Of a stretch of DNA of 64,000 nucleotides, positions 13,792 to 27,739 are shown one piece after another (the first letter of the stretch is position 1; each line of letters starts with the position of its first letter). The stretch comes from Octopus vulgaris (Eukaryota): the NCBI GenBank assembly GCA_951406725.2, contig OX597835.1, forward strand, positions 10,850,001 to 10,914,000, given 5' to 3'. The translations under genes and the position numbers were made by a program. The notes under the pieces were generated by a model. That model was not told where the DNA came from, made no database searches, and was given only the letters and a program-made list of their open reading frames with translations.

Positions 13792-14727
13792 TATCATATA
13801 TACATTTTGTGCTTGTATATATTTATATATATATATACATATATATAATGTCTGTATATAAGTATATAAATGCATATTTATGTGTGCATAAATGGTTTTG
13901 TTTGTGTATATACACATTTAAAATTTGTGCGTGTGTGTGTATTTGTGTGTGTGTGCACATGTGCGTGTAATATGTATATTATATGTATATTAATGTCTTC
14001 TGTGTATATAAAGATTTATTCGTATCAATGCAGAAAATTTGAAAGAATTATTAATAAGACAAAGCATAAATCTGTTCCGTTATTGTGGAATTTTCATATT
14101 CTCAATATATTTCGTTCTATTTTATTATTTTACCATTCTTCCTTTTATTCTTTCTTTACCATTCTTCGAAATGTGTGTCTTTTCTCCAGTCCATATCACC
14201 GATGATCCAAGGTTATCCGATCTTATCTTCAAACTTATTCATTCATAAAATTACAATTGCCGTTGTGGTTCTTTTGTGTCATTCTAAAGTTGTTGTTTTT
14301 TTTTTTTGGGTTTTTCTGTATACTGTCACATCAAAGTTGATCCAGCTTGTTTTTTTGATTTTCTTTTTTTTTTTTTTATTTTGTGTTATATTCACAAACT
14401 GAAAAGGGAAGGCGGAATAACATAAACAAGACATAGAGGTGTGTTTACACTTACAGTTGTTGACTATGTAATATTTATGCATATAATTTATATATATACA
14501 TATGTGTCATAAGCACTGATACAGACATGCACAAACACTTATATACCGTTTATAAGTAATGTATACATGTGTGTGTGTGTATGTATATGTATGTATATGT
14601 ATATATACATATTTATATGTAGAATTCATTTTAATCAAGGTATTCTAACATCCTGGACACCAAGGAAAATATTGAAAAAAACACATTTGGCCAAATTTGG
14701 ACATACACCAGCTTAACGTAATAGCAA

Positions 14728-14758
<31 letters not shown>

Positions 14759-14761
<3 letters not shown>

Positions 14762-14880
14762 TCATCATCATCATCATTTAACGTCCGCTTTCCATGCTTG
14801 CATGGGTTGGACGGTTCAACTGGGGTCTGTGAAGCCAGAAGGCTGCATCAGGCCCAGTCTGATCTGGCAGTGTTTCTACG
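14759..14880 (-). mobile_element. Family B 3' fragment inserted in (TA)n
   Basis: (CAT)n then TTTAACGTCCGCTTTCCATGC. Confidence 0.85.
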
Positions 14881-15062
14881 GCTACACAACAATGCGAGGA
14901 CGTGGAACAAATATAGTATTACTGGAGACGCTCAGGAAAGAAGGGAAGAAGGAGGGTTTAACGTTTCGAGCGGAGCTCTTCGTTGGAAACATAGGAGAAG
15001 GAAAGATCCAGAGAAGGGAAGACAGAGGAAAAAAAATCGCCAATGGTACACATGAGGTCACA
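14881..15062 (-). mobile_element. Short repeat with a decayed hammerhead (14956-14990)
   Basis: Minus: GUUU CCAACGA A GAGC-ucc-GCUC GAAA CG UU AAAC; stems intact, core has 2 mismatches to CUGANGA. Confidence 0.55.
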
Positions 15063-15070
15063 TATACATA

Positions 15071-15197
<127 letters not shown>

Positions 15198-16309
15198 TGA
15201 GTGAGTTGTATGTATGTATATATATCAGTCTACTGCACAAATTTATTCCTCTCACAAGGCATAGTTTGACCTGGAGGTTGAATAGCAGACACTTGCTCAA
15301 GGTGCCGTGCAGTGGAACTGAACCTGAAGCCACATGGTTCGAAAGCAAACTTCTTACCTATATAATTCAATATATTTCCATATATTCAGTATTTATTCTG
15401 AAAACAAGATCAAATTTGTTAGAAGTTACATCAATATTAATTGTTCATTCCTTCAGCCTTGATGTTAACAACCAAATTTAATGGAACGTTTACTCCTAGT
15501 CTTTCTAAGCAGCTGGTAAATCTTTGCTTGTGTCTGTCTTTCAAGACTCTGATTTTATTTCCTTCATCTGTAAGTAAGATTTCATCTCAACAAACACTGT
15601 TTTGTGACGTTGGAATCACAGAATACTGAAGTAAACAGTCAACCAATGATAATAAAAATATTCTAGAAAAACAATTAATATTGACAGAAGCACTGTTAAT
15701 AGCAGAAGCTAACCTTTACCTCCAACTTAACGTAGATGTGCTGCCTACTTTACTTGCTGATGACAACCCATCAAAGGTGATGACAGCATCGATCGAAGAC
15801 ATTCTTCCTTCTCCACCTCCAGCACACTGTTTCTCATCGGGGTAGACACGGCTGACAAGTCCAATATGAGACAGGCAGATCCTATGGCACCAATGTTATT
15901 TCAGATGTGTTACTAAACAGAAGACTGCATTATTTGAGAAGACCTCTCATACAGAGTTGTGGTGCATAAAAGCTCTTGTATTAATATCTTTGATAGACAA
16001 GAGCCGTCTGTTACAGCTACTGCAACTGCCAGATTTTGCTCTGTTTTGTGCTTTTCAGTGATAGATAGCTTGTTCGGTCAAAACAGCTGAATCTCTTGTC
16101 AATCATATATTGAATATCAGTGTCTATTCAAGCACTGGTGTTGCAAATGGCCAGTGGGTTTATTAAAATATAATTAATAGTGACCGAAGCAGAATGAATT
16201 CCAGAAGATAATCTTTATCTCCAACATAATCTGGAGATTGTGTTAGAACACAGAATCATGTGTTATTTACTTTGGTGTGAGAGAGAAAGAGAGAGTGAGT
16301 GAGTGAGAT

Positions 16310-16500
16310 TATCATCATCATTTAATGTCCATATTCTATGCTGGAATGGGCTGGACAGTTTGATAGGATCAGAGGCCTGTGTCAAGCACCAAGGTCTGCT
16401 TTGGCATGGTTTCCAAGCCTGGATGTCCTTCCTAATGCCAACCACTTTACAAAGCATACTAAATGCTTTTTTTCATGTCACTGGCACTCAAGATGTCACT
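16310..16500 (-). mobile_element. Family B, old diverged copy
   Basis: CATCATTTAATGTCC...GGATGTCCTTCCTAATGCCAACCACT. Confidence 0.65.
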
Positions 16501-16622
16501 GAGTAACTCACAAGACAAGACCCCACTCGACTGAGTGAGAGTGGAGTATTGAGGAATGCAGCTTATATTAATTGTTGAGAGGCAAGAGTATGAGAGAGGG
16601 ACATGAACAGGTGCCTTGCTGT

Positions 16623-16653
<31 letters not shown>

Positions 16654-16927
16654 TGGCTACCCCAGTTGGAAAAAGGGGAAAAGAAGCTGGTGATGATAAG
16701 GTGTCATGATATAAGATAGTGAATATGAAGAGGATAGGGACAGAAGGTCAGTTAAGTTCACAAGGGCATGAGGTAAGCAACAGGTATTTAAAGGTAGGAA
16801 AGGTCGAGATAAAGGTGATGCAGTGAATGGCAAGAGGGGAAGGTGGGGATGGTCAGTGGTTAAAATCAGTTGTGGGGGGAGGTGAAGGAAATGGAAGTGG
16901 GCCAGGGAAGAGGAGTGTGTGTGTGTG

Positions 16928-16975
<48 letters not shown>

Positions 16976-17284
16976 CACACACACACACACACTGTATTTT
17001 GTATATGTACAGTACATTCATGTATATGCATGTATACGTATATATATATATGCATGTGTATACATATCTATTTGTGTGTATATACATATACGTGTGTGTG
17101 TATGATCGAATTTGATTTGGTACAGTCATATAGCACTATATTCTTGTTCTGGAGAAGTTCTAATTCTTACCTGTATTCCCCTGAAAAAAATGGCTTTTTT
17201 TGCATGATGTAACATTTCTGTGAATCAATACAAAAAACTTGTCTGAAACAGCTGTAGTGAACCACAATCAATCTGTTGTTATTA

Positions 17285-17345
<61 letters not shown>

Positions 17346-17351
17346 ATATAT

Positions 17352-17582
17352 ATTTCTTTACTACCCACAAGGGGCTAAACACAGAGGGGACAAACAAGGA
17401 CAGACAAAGAGATTAAGTCGACTACATCGACCCCAGTGCGTAACTGGTACTTAATTTATCGACCCCGAAATGATGAAAGGCAAAGTTGACCTCAGCGGAA
17501 TTTGAACTCGGAACGTAACGACAGACGAAATACGACTACGAATTTCGCCCGGCGTGCTAACGTTTCTACCAGCTCGCTGCCT

Positions 17583-17583
<1 letters not shown>
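17352..17583 (-). mobile_element. tRNA-derived SINE family D
   Basis: Minus: AGGCAGCGAGCTGGTAGAAACG...GAGTTCAAATTCC...GCCTTTCATCATTTCGGGGTCGATAAATTAAGTACCAG...TTTAGCCCCTTGTGGG; homologues at 46450, 54022, 62294. Confidence 0.85.
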
Positions 17584-17636
<53 letters not shown>

Positions 17637-18027
17637 AGCATACATACGCACACACTCATAATACACATACATACACACAATATCATTACTTCTACATTTC
17701 CTTTATTTTATTTCTTCACATTCCTGTCTACTATGAAGTGGTAAAAAATTTCATCTCACTCCCTAGATCTGTTCTCTCACACCATTCCATTCCATTCCAA
17801 AAGTGAAACAAAACTATTTCTCACTCTATAATAAACTTGACTCTTTGGAAATGGAAAGACAATGGAACTCTTTTGTTGGTCTTTAAATGGTGAAGACAGA
17901 AAAAGGAAAAAGAACCATTTCAGAATATTTCGTGTTGTTTCTATTTTAAAATACTTTTTTTTATCAAATGACTTGTCAAAGCTTATAACACATGCAATAC
18001 ATACATACACTTCATGTGTTTGTACAT

Positions 18028-18058
<31 letters not shown>

Positions 18059-18219
18059 CATACATGTGTATGTGTGTGTATACATACTTACACAAATGTG
18101 TATGTATGTGTATTGTTATGCACACATATATACATATATATATACATATATATCCACACACCCATACATATATATCTACATGTACTTATATGTACATACA
18201 TAGAAACAAATTCTTATAA

Positions 18220-18265
<46 letters not shown>

Positions 18266-18376
18266 TTGTATGTGTGTGTGTATATATGTATGTATGTATA
18301 TATATGTATATATGTGTGTCTATATATATATATGTATGTATATATGTGTATGTGTGTGTGTATGTATATATATATG

Positions 18377-18436
<60 letters not shown>

Positions 18437-19339
18437 TGTTTATATATGTATCTATCTATATATATGTTTATATATATGTATACTTTTTAGCCAGATTCTC
18501 TCTCATCCTTATCATTAACCTCTTCTGCTTCTATGTCATCATCATCATCATCATCATCATCAACATCATCACCTCCATCACCATCAACATCACCATGGAC
18601 ACTGTCACCACAACCATCGCCACCATCATCATCACCATCACCATCACCATCATCACATTGCTAACACCACCACCACCACCATGATCACTGCCGCCGCCAT
18701 CATCGAATTAATACCGAATCGAATACACCCCACTCTGAATGTCATTCTCTTCAATTTCCATATCAGTTTTCCCATTCTACATTTTCTTCGTTTTGTCCAG
18801 ATATTCCGCCGAGTTGAGCTTCATTTTTCCTACATTTAATCCCTTTGCCAATCTCTTCTTCTTTGCTTTGTTTTTCGTCCCATATTTTATTATATTTATA
18901 GATATCTTCATTGTTTTATTTATATGTTCATTTATTTATTCGTCTTCTTCTTCTTCTTCTTCTTTTTTTTTTTGTCAGTTCTTCTTTTATCTCGTTGCCA
19001 ATTCCATTCCATCATCAATCAATAGGAATTTGGATTCTTTATTGTCTATTGATATCTTTGCGGCCTTTTAGATGTCTGCGTAGAGTTGCGAGACATGGTA
19101 AAGCGAGAGAGAATGATTGCATTGATTAGTCTATGAACCTCGTAATAAGTGTTTCAGAGAACTGGGCACCGGCTGGGTTGTTATGGTGATGGTGGTGGTG
19201 GTGGTGCTGGCTGTGGTGGTGGTGGTAGTGGTGGTGGTGGGTGGCGAGCTGTTTAATGATGATTTGATGGCTTATAGCCTCATCGCAGCTGGTACTCTTA
19301 ATTGGTATCTTTATTTGTAGATATATAAGGTGGGGAGAT

Positions 19340-20530
<1,191 letters not shown>

Positions 20531-20989
20531 AAATATATCTTATTTTATGATCAAAGAAAATAAGAATGAAGAGAAAAAAAGAGAAATAGAATTATGTACT
20601 TATGCCAGTCAGTTGTGAAATAAATGGGGCAATTATTTGATCAATGGTTGATTAACCTTGTTGAGTTTAGATTAACGAATTTGTGTGACATTTGAATTCA
20701 GAACAGAAAGGGATGTAACTAAATACACAAAGCATTTTGTCTGACATTCTTTCTGAATCCACCTCACCCCAACCTCATCCCATCTCACCACCACCATCAT
20801 CATCATTGTTGTCAGCAGCAACAGCAGCACCACCACCATTATATGCATTATTGTCATCATCACCACTACCCCTCCACCATTGTCATTGTCATCACTACCA
20901 CCACCACTATCATTTTCACCACCATTCTGCTGTCTTAAGAACTTCTTCTGAAGTTTTGTTTTTTACAGAAAGCAAGGCAGGCCATTCCC

Positions 20990-21021
<32 letters not shown>

Positions 21022-21023
<2 letters not shown>

Positions 21024-21270
21024 GGGGCACTTGGAATGATATCAAAAAGAGTAAATAATCAAACATACCAAATCTCTGGCAGCCTCAAAATAAGACAATT
21101 AGAAAAGATCGAAAATATAGGAACTCAGATAGTGTGTCATATAAACAGGTGGAGACGATATTTCATAGGGTTAAATAACAGTAACATTTGTCCTAAATCA
21201 GGACTGCCACGTTATGTTGGTAAATAATCTTTAATCCAAAGTACTGTTACTGAATGTCTCTCGTTGAGAG
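21022..21270 (+). pseudogene. R4/Dong-like non-LTR retrotransposon, degenerate C-terminal (RLE) fragment
   Basis: GGG GCA CTT GGA ATG ATA = GALGMI followed by SKRVNNQTYQISGSLKIRQLEKI..IGT; follows (TTA)n. Confidence 0.55.
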
Positions 21271-21278
21271 ATTTACAA

Positions 21279-21357
21279 TAGTGGTTAAGAGCGTGGGCTG
21301 CTAATCCCAAGATTCCAAGTTTGATTCCAGACAGTGACCTGAATAACAATAATAATG

Positions 21358-21400
<43 letters not shown>

Positions 21401-21547
21401 CAACAAATATCTTAGGAATGAGAACCCAGGTTCAAAATTTCCCCAAGACACCTGATGAAGGTTAGAGGGTATATCAGCCGAAATGTTGTGTTAACAAACA
21501 AACAAGATGAGGACAAATATCTTTCAAATGTAAATAATGTAAAAATT
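21279..21547 (+). mobile_element. Family F: tRNA-like head + (AAT)n + hammerhead-containing tail
   Basis: TAGTGGTTAAGAGCGTGGGCTGCTAATCCC...AGTTTGATTCC; homologous to 45334-45600 and 45603-45776. Confidence 0.8.
21448..21491 (+). ncRNA. Minimal type I hammerhead motif in family F
   Basis: ACAC CUGAUGA A GGUUA-gaggguauau-CAGCC GAAA UG UU GUGU; stem I ACAC/GUGU, GUU triplet. Confidence 0.7.
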
Positions 21548-21793
21548 TTCTATTTTAAAACATCATATTTATGGGTTTATGAGTACCTCAAACATTCTAT
21601 GTAAATTCCTCTCCATATAAATGCACCCTTACTCTGTATTTTCCTCCCACAGACATCAGTGTGTTCAAGTGCATGGCACCTCACCTATTTGCATCTTCAG
21701 ATGCAAAACCTTGTTGTCCCTCAAATTCTTTGGTTGAGACTTGGATGCAACTCCTATAGATTAAAGCGAAACCAAACCATAATAATAATAATC

Positions 21794-21825
<32 letters not shown>

Positions 21826-21844
21826 TATTATTATTATTATTATT

Positions 21845-22290
21845 GAGTGAGAGAGCAGTTCATGCCATCAAAGTGACACTGGGGTAAAATATACGAAGCC
21901 CAATATACCCATCATGACTACCTGTCTGATAAGGGCACACCAGGCACATGCATCACAACCATATGTGCGCGACATGGTGATCTCATATCAAGATAAACTG
22001 CACATGACCTTGCAGGTGGGGCCCAGTTAGAATTTTCTTCAGGTTGAGTCGCCCATCCCGCTCAAACGGTCCCTGAATAAGGGTTGTTTAAGGATGTTGA
22101 AAAAACCACCCATGTCTCCAGAGGTGAATTATTCAAACCCCAAAGAATCCCTCTCAACACATGGCTATGATGCTCCCCCACTACTTCTGCTCGTGATCAG
22201 AGATGCACATATCGTCAGCCACTAAGGGACATGCTCAACTGGTTAAGGTCAAACAACTGACAAGCAAATCTGTGGTATTGAGCAGAATAT
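21845..22290 (-). mobile_element. Unclassified ~445-bp element embedded in an (ATT)n tract; minus strand ends CTCACTC-(AAT)n
   Basis: GC-richer block flanked on both sides by (TAT)n; retroposon-type tail inferred. Confidence 0.5.
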
Positions 22291-22307
22291 TATTATTATT
22301 ATTATGA

Positions 22308-22665
22308 GTGATTGTAGAAGCATTTGGAATGATAAAAAAAAAGACATTTAACAATGATCCCTGGCTTATCATCCATGCAGAAAGGGCAAAAGATTGTCTT
22401 AACTGGTACGTCAGTCACACGTATTGAGAAAAGCATTGTCACTGTAAATTCTCCCTCCCCCTTTATTTGTTTACTTTTTTATTTTTATTTTCCCCTTATT
22501 CTCTATCACATAGCTTCGTAAATGAACAATCTACTGTGTTTATTTTAATGGCCTACCAATGTATACAGTGCATTTCTCTGCCCTAGGTGTCAAGAAGACA
22601 CTTGGCTAGAAATGGACACAGAAATTGAAAGAAGTTAATGAAAATAATAATTATAATAATGATAA
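22308..22665 (+). pseudogene. R4/Dong-like RLE retrotransposon 3' end with (AAT)n tail
   Basis: Frameshifted translation VIVEAFGMIKK/HLTMIPGLSSMQKGQKIVLTGTS/HVLRKALSL*, then a 3' UTR ending AAAATAATAATTATAATAAT. Confidence 0.7.
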
Positions 22666-23201
22666 TTTCTTTTATTGGCCATGATGGCCTAACAAAAAGC
22701 AAAAAAAACAAAAAACAAATGTTAATTGGAACAAGAACTAGGAAATGGCTGTGATATCTGGAGAGTTACCTTGTTAAATATACAAGAAGGGAGTCATTAA
22801 GTTCTCATTACTGGGCACACAGTGTAAATGTTCGGGCAGGCATAAGACATTGTGGGATCTTTGTGGACGGTCTGACGTAATAAATTCACACAGGTGTAGC
22901 TAATCGTAAAAACATTTTTGAAGCCAAATCCAGGAATTAATCTATATCTTGTTAGATGTAATTGATAGATTCTGTTGCCAAGGTGATATAATTAGTGCTG
23001 GAAATGGCTGCAGCAGAATTCAGAGGAGGCAGAGAAAGAAAGAAAGAACCGGAAGAAGTCTATGAGGTGTTACCATTGTTGGAAAGAAATGGTCTCTGTC
23101 CGTCTGCCTCTCTCCCCTCACTTTGTTTCTCTCTCTTCCTTTATCTCTCTCTCTCTCCTTGAATGTGTGTACATATATATATATATATAGGTCCTTGATA
23201 C

Positions 23202-23237
<36 letters not shown>

Positions 23238-23805
23238 CACATACACACACACACACATATATCCTTGTATTTCTCACTCTTTCTTTCTCTCTTTCTCTGT
23301 CAAAGACAGACTCTGCTGATTATGTATGAGTGTGATGACCATTGGTAATAAGATGTATTGTTTCTGGATACAACTCCCCTCCACCCATTCCTCTGTCCAT
23401 TCTTGTTCACCAGATGATATGGAATAGAAAGTAATGGAGTATCCTACCCAGGGAGAATTTAATCTGTCAGAAGCTAAGGGGTTAAATGTAAGCATTTAAA
23501 TATCTCTTTGAGACTTTTGTTCATGAGCAGTCATTAGAGCATTGGCTACAATTCCTCACAATATTTGACATGTTTGGTGGAAGAAGGAGATATTGAACAT
23601 TTTACACATTTTCCACAAAAGCTATTTTAAAGTTTTTCAAAGAATATTGATGTTTAGCATTATATTTTTTGTGAGTCAATGAATTATTTACAAGTTTGAA
23701 GTTGTGTTTAATTGCACTCATGTTGTCTAATAAATGTTGGTGTGTTGAAACAAGAAGACAATTGGAAATATTTTTCTATTATATCTTTAATTTTTTGCTA
23801 GTTTA

Positions 23806-24233
23806 CTCTTACTCTTTTCTCTTTTACTTGTTTCCGTCATTTTGACTGCGGCCATGCTGGAGCACCGCCTTTAGTCGAGCAAATCGACCCCGGGACTTAT
23901 TCTTTGTAAGCCCAGTGCTTATTCTATCGGTCTCTTTTGCCGAACCGTTAAGTGACGGGGACGTGAACACACCAGCATCGGTTGTCAAGCAATGCTAGGG
24001 GGACAAACACAGACACACACACACACACATATATATATATACATATATACATATATATATACATATATACGACAGGCTTCTTTCAGTTTCCGTCTACCAA
24101 ATCCACTCACAAGGCATTGGTCGGCCCGGGTCTATAGCAGAAGACACTTGCCCAAGATGCCACGCAGTGGGACTGAACCCAGAACCATGTGGTTGGTTAG
24201 CAAGCTACTTACCACACAGCCACTCCTGCGCCT
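23806..24233 (-). mobile_element. SINE family A, full length, young
   Basis: Nearly identical to 1-431. Confidence 0.92.
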
Positions 24234-24449
24234 ATGTTTATAGATTTCATTTTTTAGGAATTTGGAATATATTTTTCAATTAAACTTGGATATTTTGACT
24301 GAAAGTTCCATATTTTTTGTAGAATGTATGTAACTTCACAAGACAAAAAAGATGGTAAGAAAATCCAAAAATCATGAAAAGAAACCAGTACAAGTCCATA
24401 TCAAACCTGTATCAAACACACTCAATTATCAGACAACCATTTGTGTTTG

Positions 24450-24850
24450 CAATGCTTAGAATCCATTCTAGTGCCATCTGCCTGCCATACTATGGTGTTC
24501 TCAATGAGTTCATAAAGGATGGCGTTGATGCTGCAGGCTTCCTTTCCCAGCTCGACCGAGATCATAAAAGGTCTGATGGTGCGACAGTTTTCCTGTTCCG
24601 TGGTGGTAGGCCCCTCATCTGGGATGCCCCATACTCTGACACCTTCTCCAGCAGCAACTTGGTACGTTCAACTACCAGCCCAGGCTGCGCTGCTTGTCAG
24701 GTTGAGAAGGGCCAACTCTCAAAGTATCAACCACTCTCTGACAATTTCATGGTCAGGCCTGTACCAGTGGAGACCTTTGGCATTATCGCCCCCACCCTCT
24801 CATGGACGACATCTTTGCTCACTGCTTTTGGGGTGGAGATGGCGAACTGC
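24450..24850 (+). pseudogene. CRE-like non-LTR retrotransposon restriction-like endonuclease fragment
   Basis: ORF 24374: LNEFIK...AGFLSQL..D.KRSDGATVF.F.GG..LIWDA..SDTFS...PG.AA...E......KY..L.....RPVPVETFG resembles the KRPDG / WDxT / K..KY / VETxG RLE motifs. Confidence 0.7.
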
Positions 24851-24874
24851 AAGTGTGAGTTGTGACGAAAAACT

Positions 24875-24996
24875 ACAGCAGGGATTGCCACCCTGTTTTC
24901 GCTCAATAAACACTCACAACACCTGGGCTGGGAATCGAAACCATGATCCTACAACCGTGATTCTGCTGCCCTAACCACTGGGCCATTGTGCCTCCA
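24875..24996 (-). mobile_element. SINE family C, 5' part
   Basis: Minus: GGAGGCACAATGGCCCAGTGGTTAGGGCAGC...GTTTCGATTCCC. Confidence 0.8.
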
Positions 24997-24997
24997 C

Positions 24998-25039
<42 letters not shown>

Positions 25040-25040
<1 letters not shown>

Positions 25041-25268
25041 TGTATGTGTGTATATGCTTTTGTCTCTGTGTTTGTCCCCTCAACATCACTTGACAACCAA
25101 TGCTGGTGTGTTTACGTCCCTGTAACTTAGTTGTTTGGCAAAAAAGACTGATAGAATAAGTACTAGGCTTACAAAGGATAAGTCTTGGGGTCGATTTGTT
25201 CAATTAAAGGCGGTGCCCCAGCATGGCCACAATCAAATGACTGAAACAAATAAAAGAGTAAAAGAGTA
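25040..25268 (+). mobile_element. SINE family A, 3' half
   Basis: GTGTTTGTCCCC...GGCGGTGCCCCAGCATGGCC...TAAAAGAGTAAAAGAGT. Confidence 0.85.
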
Positions 25269-26311
25269 ATGAGTTGAGATTTTATGATGCTGGGTCCCAC
25301 AGAAAACCTGACAAAAAAACCCCGAAATATGCTGCACTGCGCTGTTTCTAGAGATCTGTTTCTTGGGAAAATAAGTATTACGACGTAGATGGCAAGAAAG
25401 AGGTTTAATGGCTTTTAAAATGCCAAGTTTCTATTGAAATGGCAAAAGAACATTCGTGAATACAAGTAATGTTTAATTGTTCAAATGAGATGAGAAATTT
25501 AACAATGTAATAAATGTTTAAGTTATTAGAGTGTAATTCAAAATTAGACATTATTTTCTAAACAGCCCATATTAGCATTAACAATTTAAAATATAACATT
25601 TCCATTCCCTTGCATAGAAGATATTGGTTGTAATTTTTGTGTAACAGAATTGGTCTTTATTTATATTTTTAAAATTTTTTCCAGTTGTATATTTTCTGTA
25701 TCTCTTTGTTTCATTCTTTGCCGTTTTACATTAATTTTTTCCCTTTCTCTCTTCCCTGTCCCCTGCCACCAACCATCGCTACCGCGCCTCTGTTTGTTTG
25801 CTTTGCAAGTCTACAAAAAGAAAATCTTGGTCTTTTTCTAAAAATACTGAAGTTGATACTTTCAAAAATATTAGGATGTTTTTTTGTTTTTTTATTGAGG
25901 TGGGGAAAAAAAAAAAGAAGTAATTGGACATGATTAATCAATAAATTTATGAAGAACTCCTGTTATCAGTTGAATGAGGAAAACAGAATTTTGGTAGGAA
26001 TTTGTGAACTAGAAACAAGATTATTTTAGTCTATACAAAACAATTCCTGTTTCTTCGGCTCCAGAAAAGTCCTTTAACAGATTCCATACATCTGCCTTAT
26101 TGCAGAATATCTTTTTTTTTTTCACTTCTCTCTTGTGTTTTTTTTTGGTTCTTTAAAGATTGTGTAAATGTTTGATAACTTTGGTTGCCAATGGGTTACA
26201 GATATGGGAAATGTGGTCGATGAGGAGAAGAAGAAGAAGAATATTGGTAACTCACTGAGTTTCTGTAACTTTGTTTATGCAGTAGGGTCACTTTTGATTA
26301 ACTCATATTGG

Positions 26312-26720
<409 letters not shown>

Positions 26721-27668
26721 CAGTTTTATTCATTTGAAGGGAAATGACCAGATGGGTAAGATATTTTACTACCAGCTCATAGGCTGTGAGTTCAAATCAG
26801 ATGTTGGTATTTGTATTTTACTGGACATAACAATTTAATTTCAATTTATTCCATGTTCACCAAGCAGTATATACTAAAGGTAGTGCAGTGTTTCACCCAG
26901 GGGCAGATTTATCAATCAAGAGCTGAACAGCTGTGCGTTAGCCATTTAAACCATTTTGCAAGTCTGGGACTTCAGAGATATTTACACAAGAGGCTTGCTG
27001 CCTTATTATACAATATTTTCTGTGGGTTCCTTCTGAGTAATCCTAGCTCTTAATCTCTATTATAAAATCCTGGATTATGCCAGTTTCTGTTCACAGATAC
27101 CGATGTTACTTCAATTTTGGGGAGTTACTTTAAAGCCTCACCTTGGTGATGCTTTGTCCAAATCAATGTTAATTCTCATAAAATATTGATTTTCATTTTT
27201 TTTTGTTTGTTTTGTTCTGTTTTGTATTGCTACTCAGTCATAAAATTCACCGTAAAGTGCACTTCAAAAATGAAGATTATTAACATTTTATTATTATTTT
27301 TTTTGCTTTTTTTTTTTTTTACCAATTTTTTCCTTGTATTCCTGTGGAATCCACTTGTTAAACTTGTTCAGAATTGTTTTAGATGGCTTGGAATATTCAA
27401 AATGCTAACACTCAACTCTTGCAACAGATTATTTGGTGACATTTTCTTCTATTAATATCTCCAGATGATCAATTTGCTTAAGACAAATATAAAATTTTTA
27501 AAAAAATGAAAATAAAAAACAAAAAAATAAAAATAGAGAAATCCACTCACCATTCTCTTCATCTTTGGACCTCCCTTATTCATTAATAAACTTTTGTAGT
27601 CTCTGTTTGACTATTCATATAACTGTTTTATACATTGTTCTATACACATATATATGTATATACAAGTA

Positions 27669-27724
<56 letters not shown>

Positions 27725-27739
27725 TGCTGTCAACATTAA

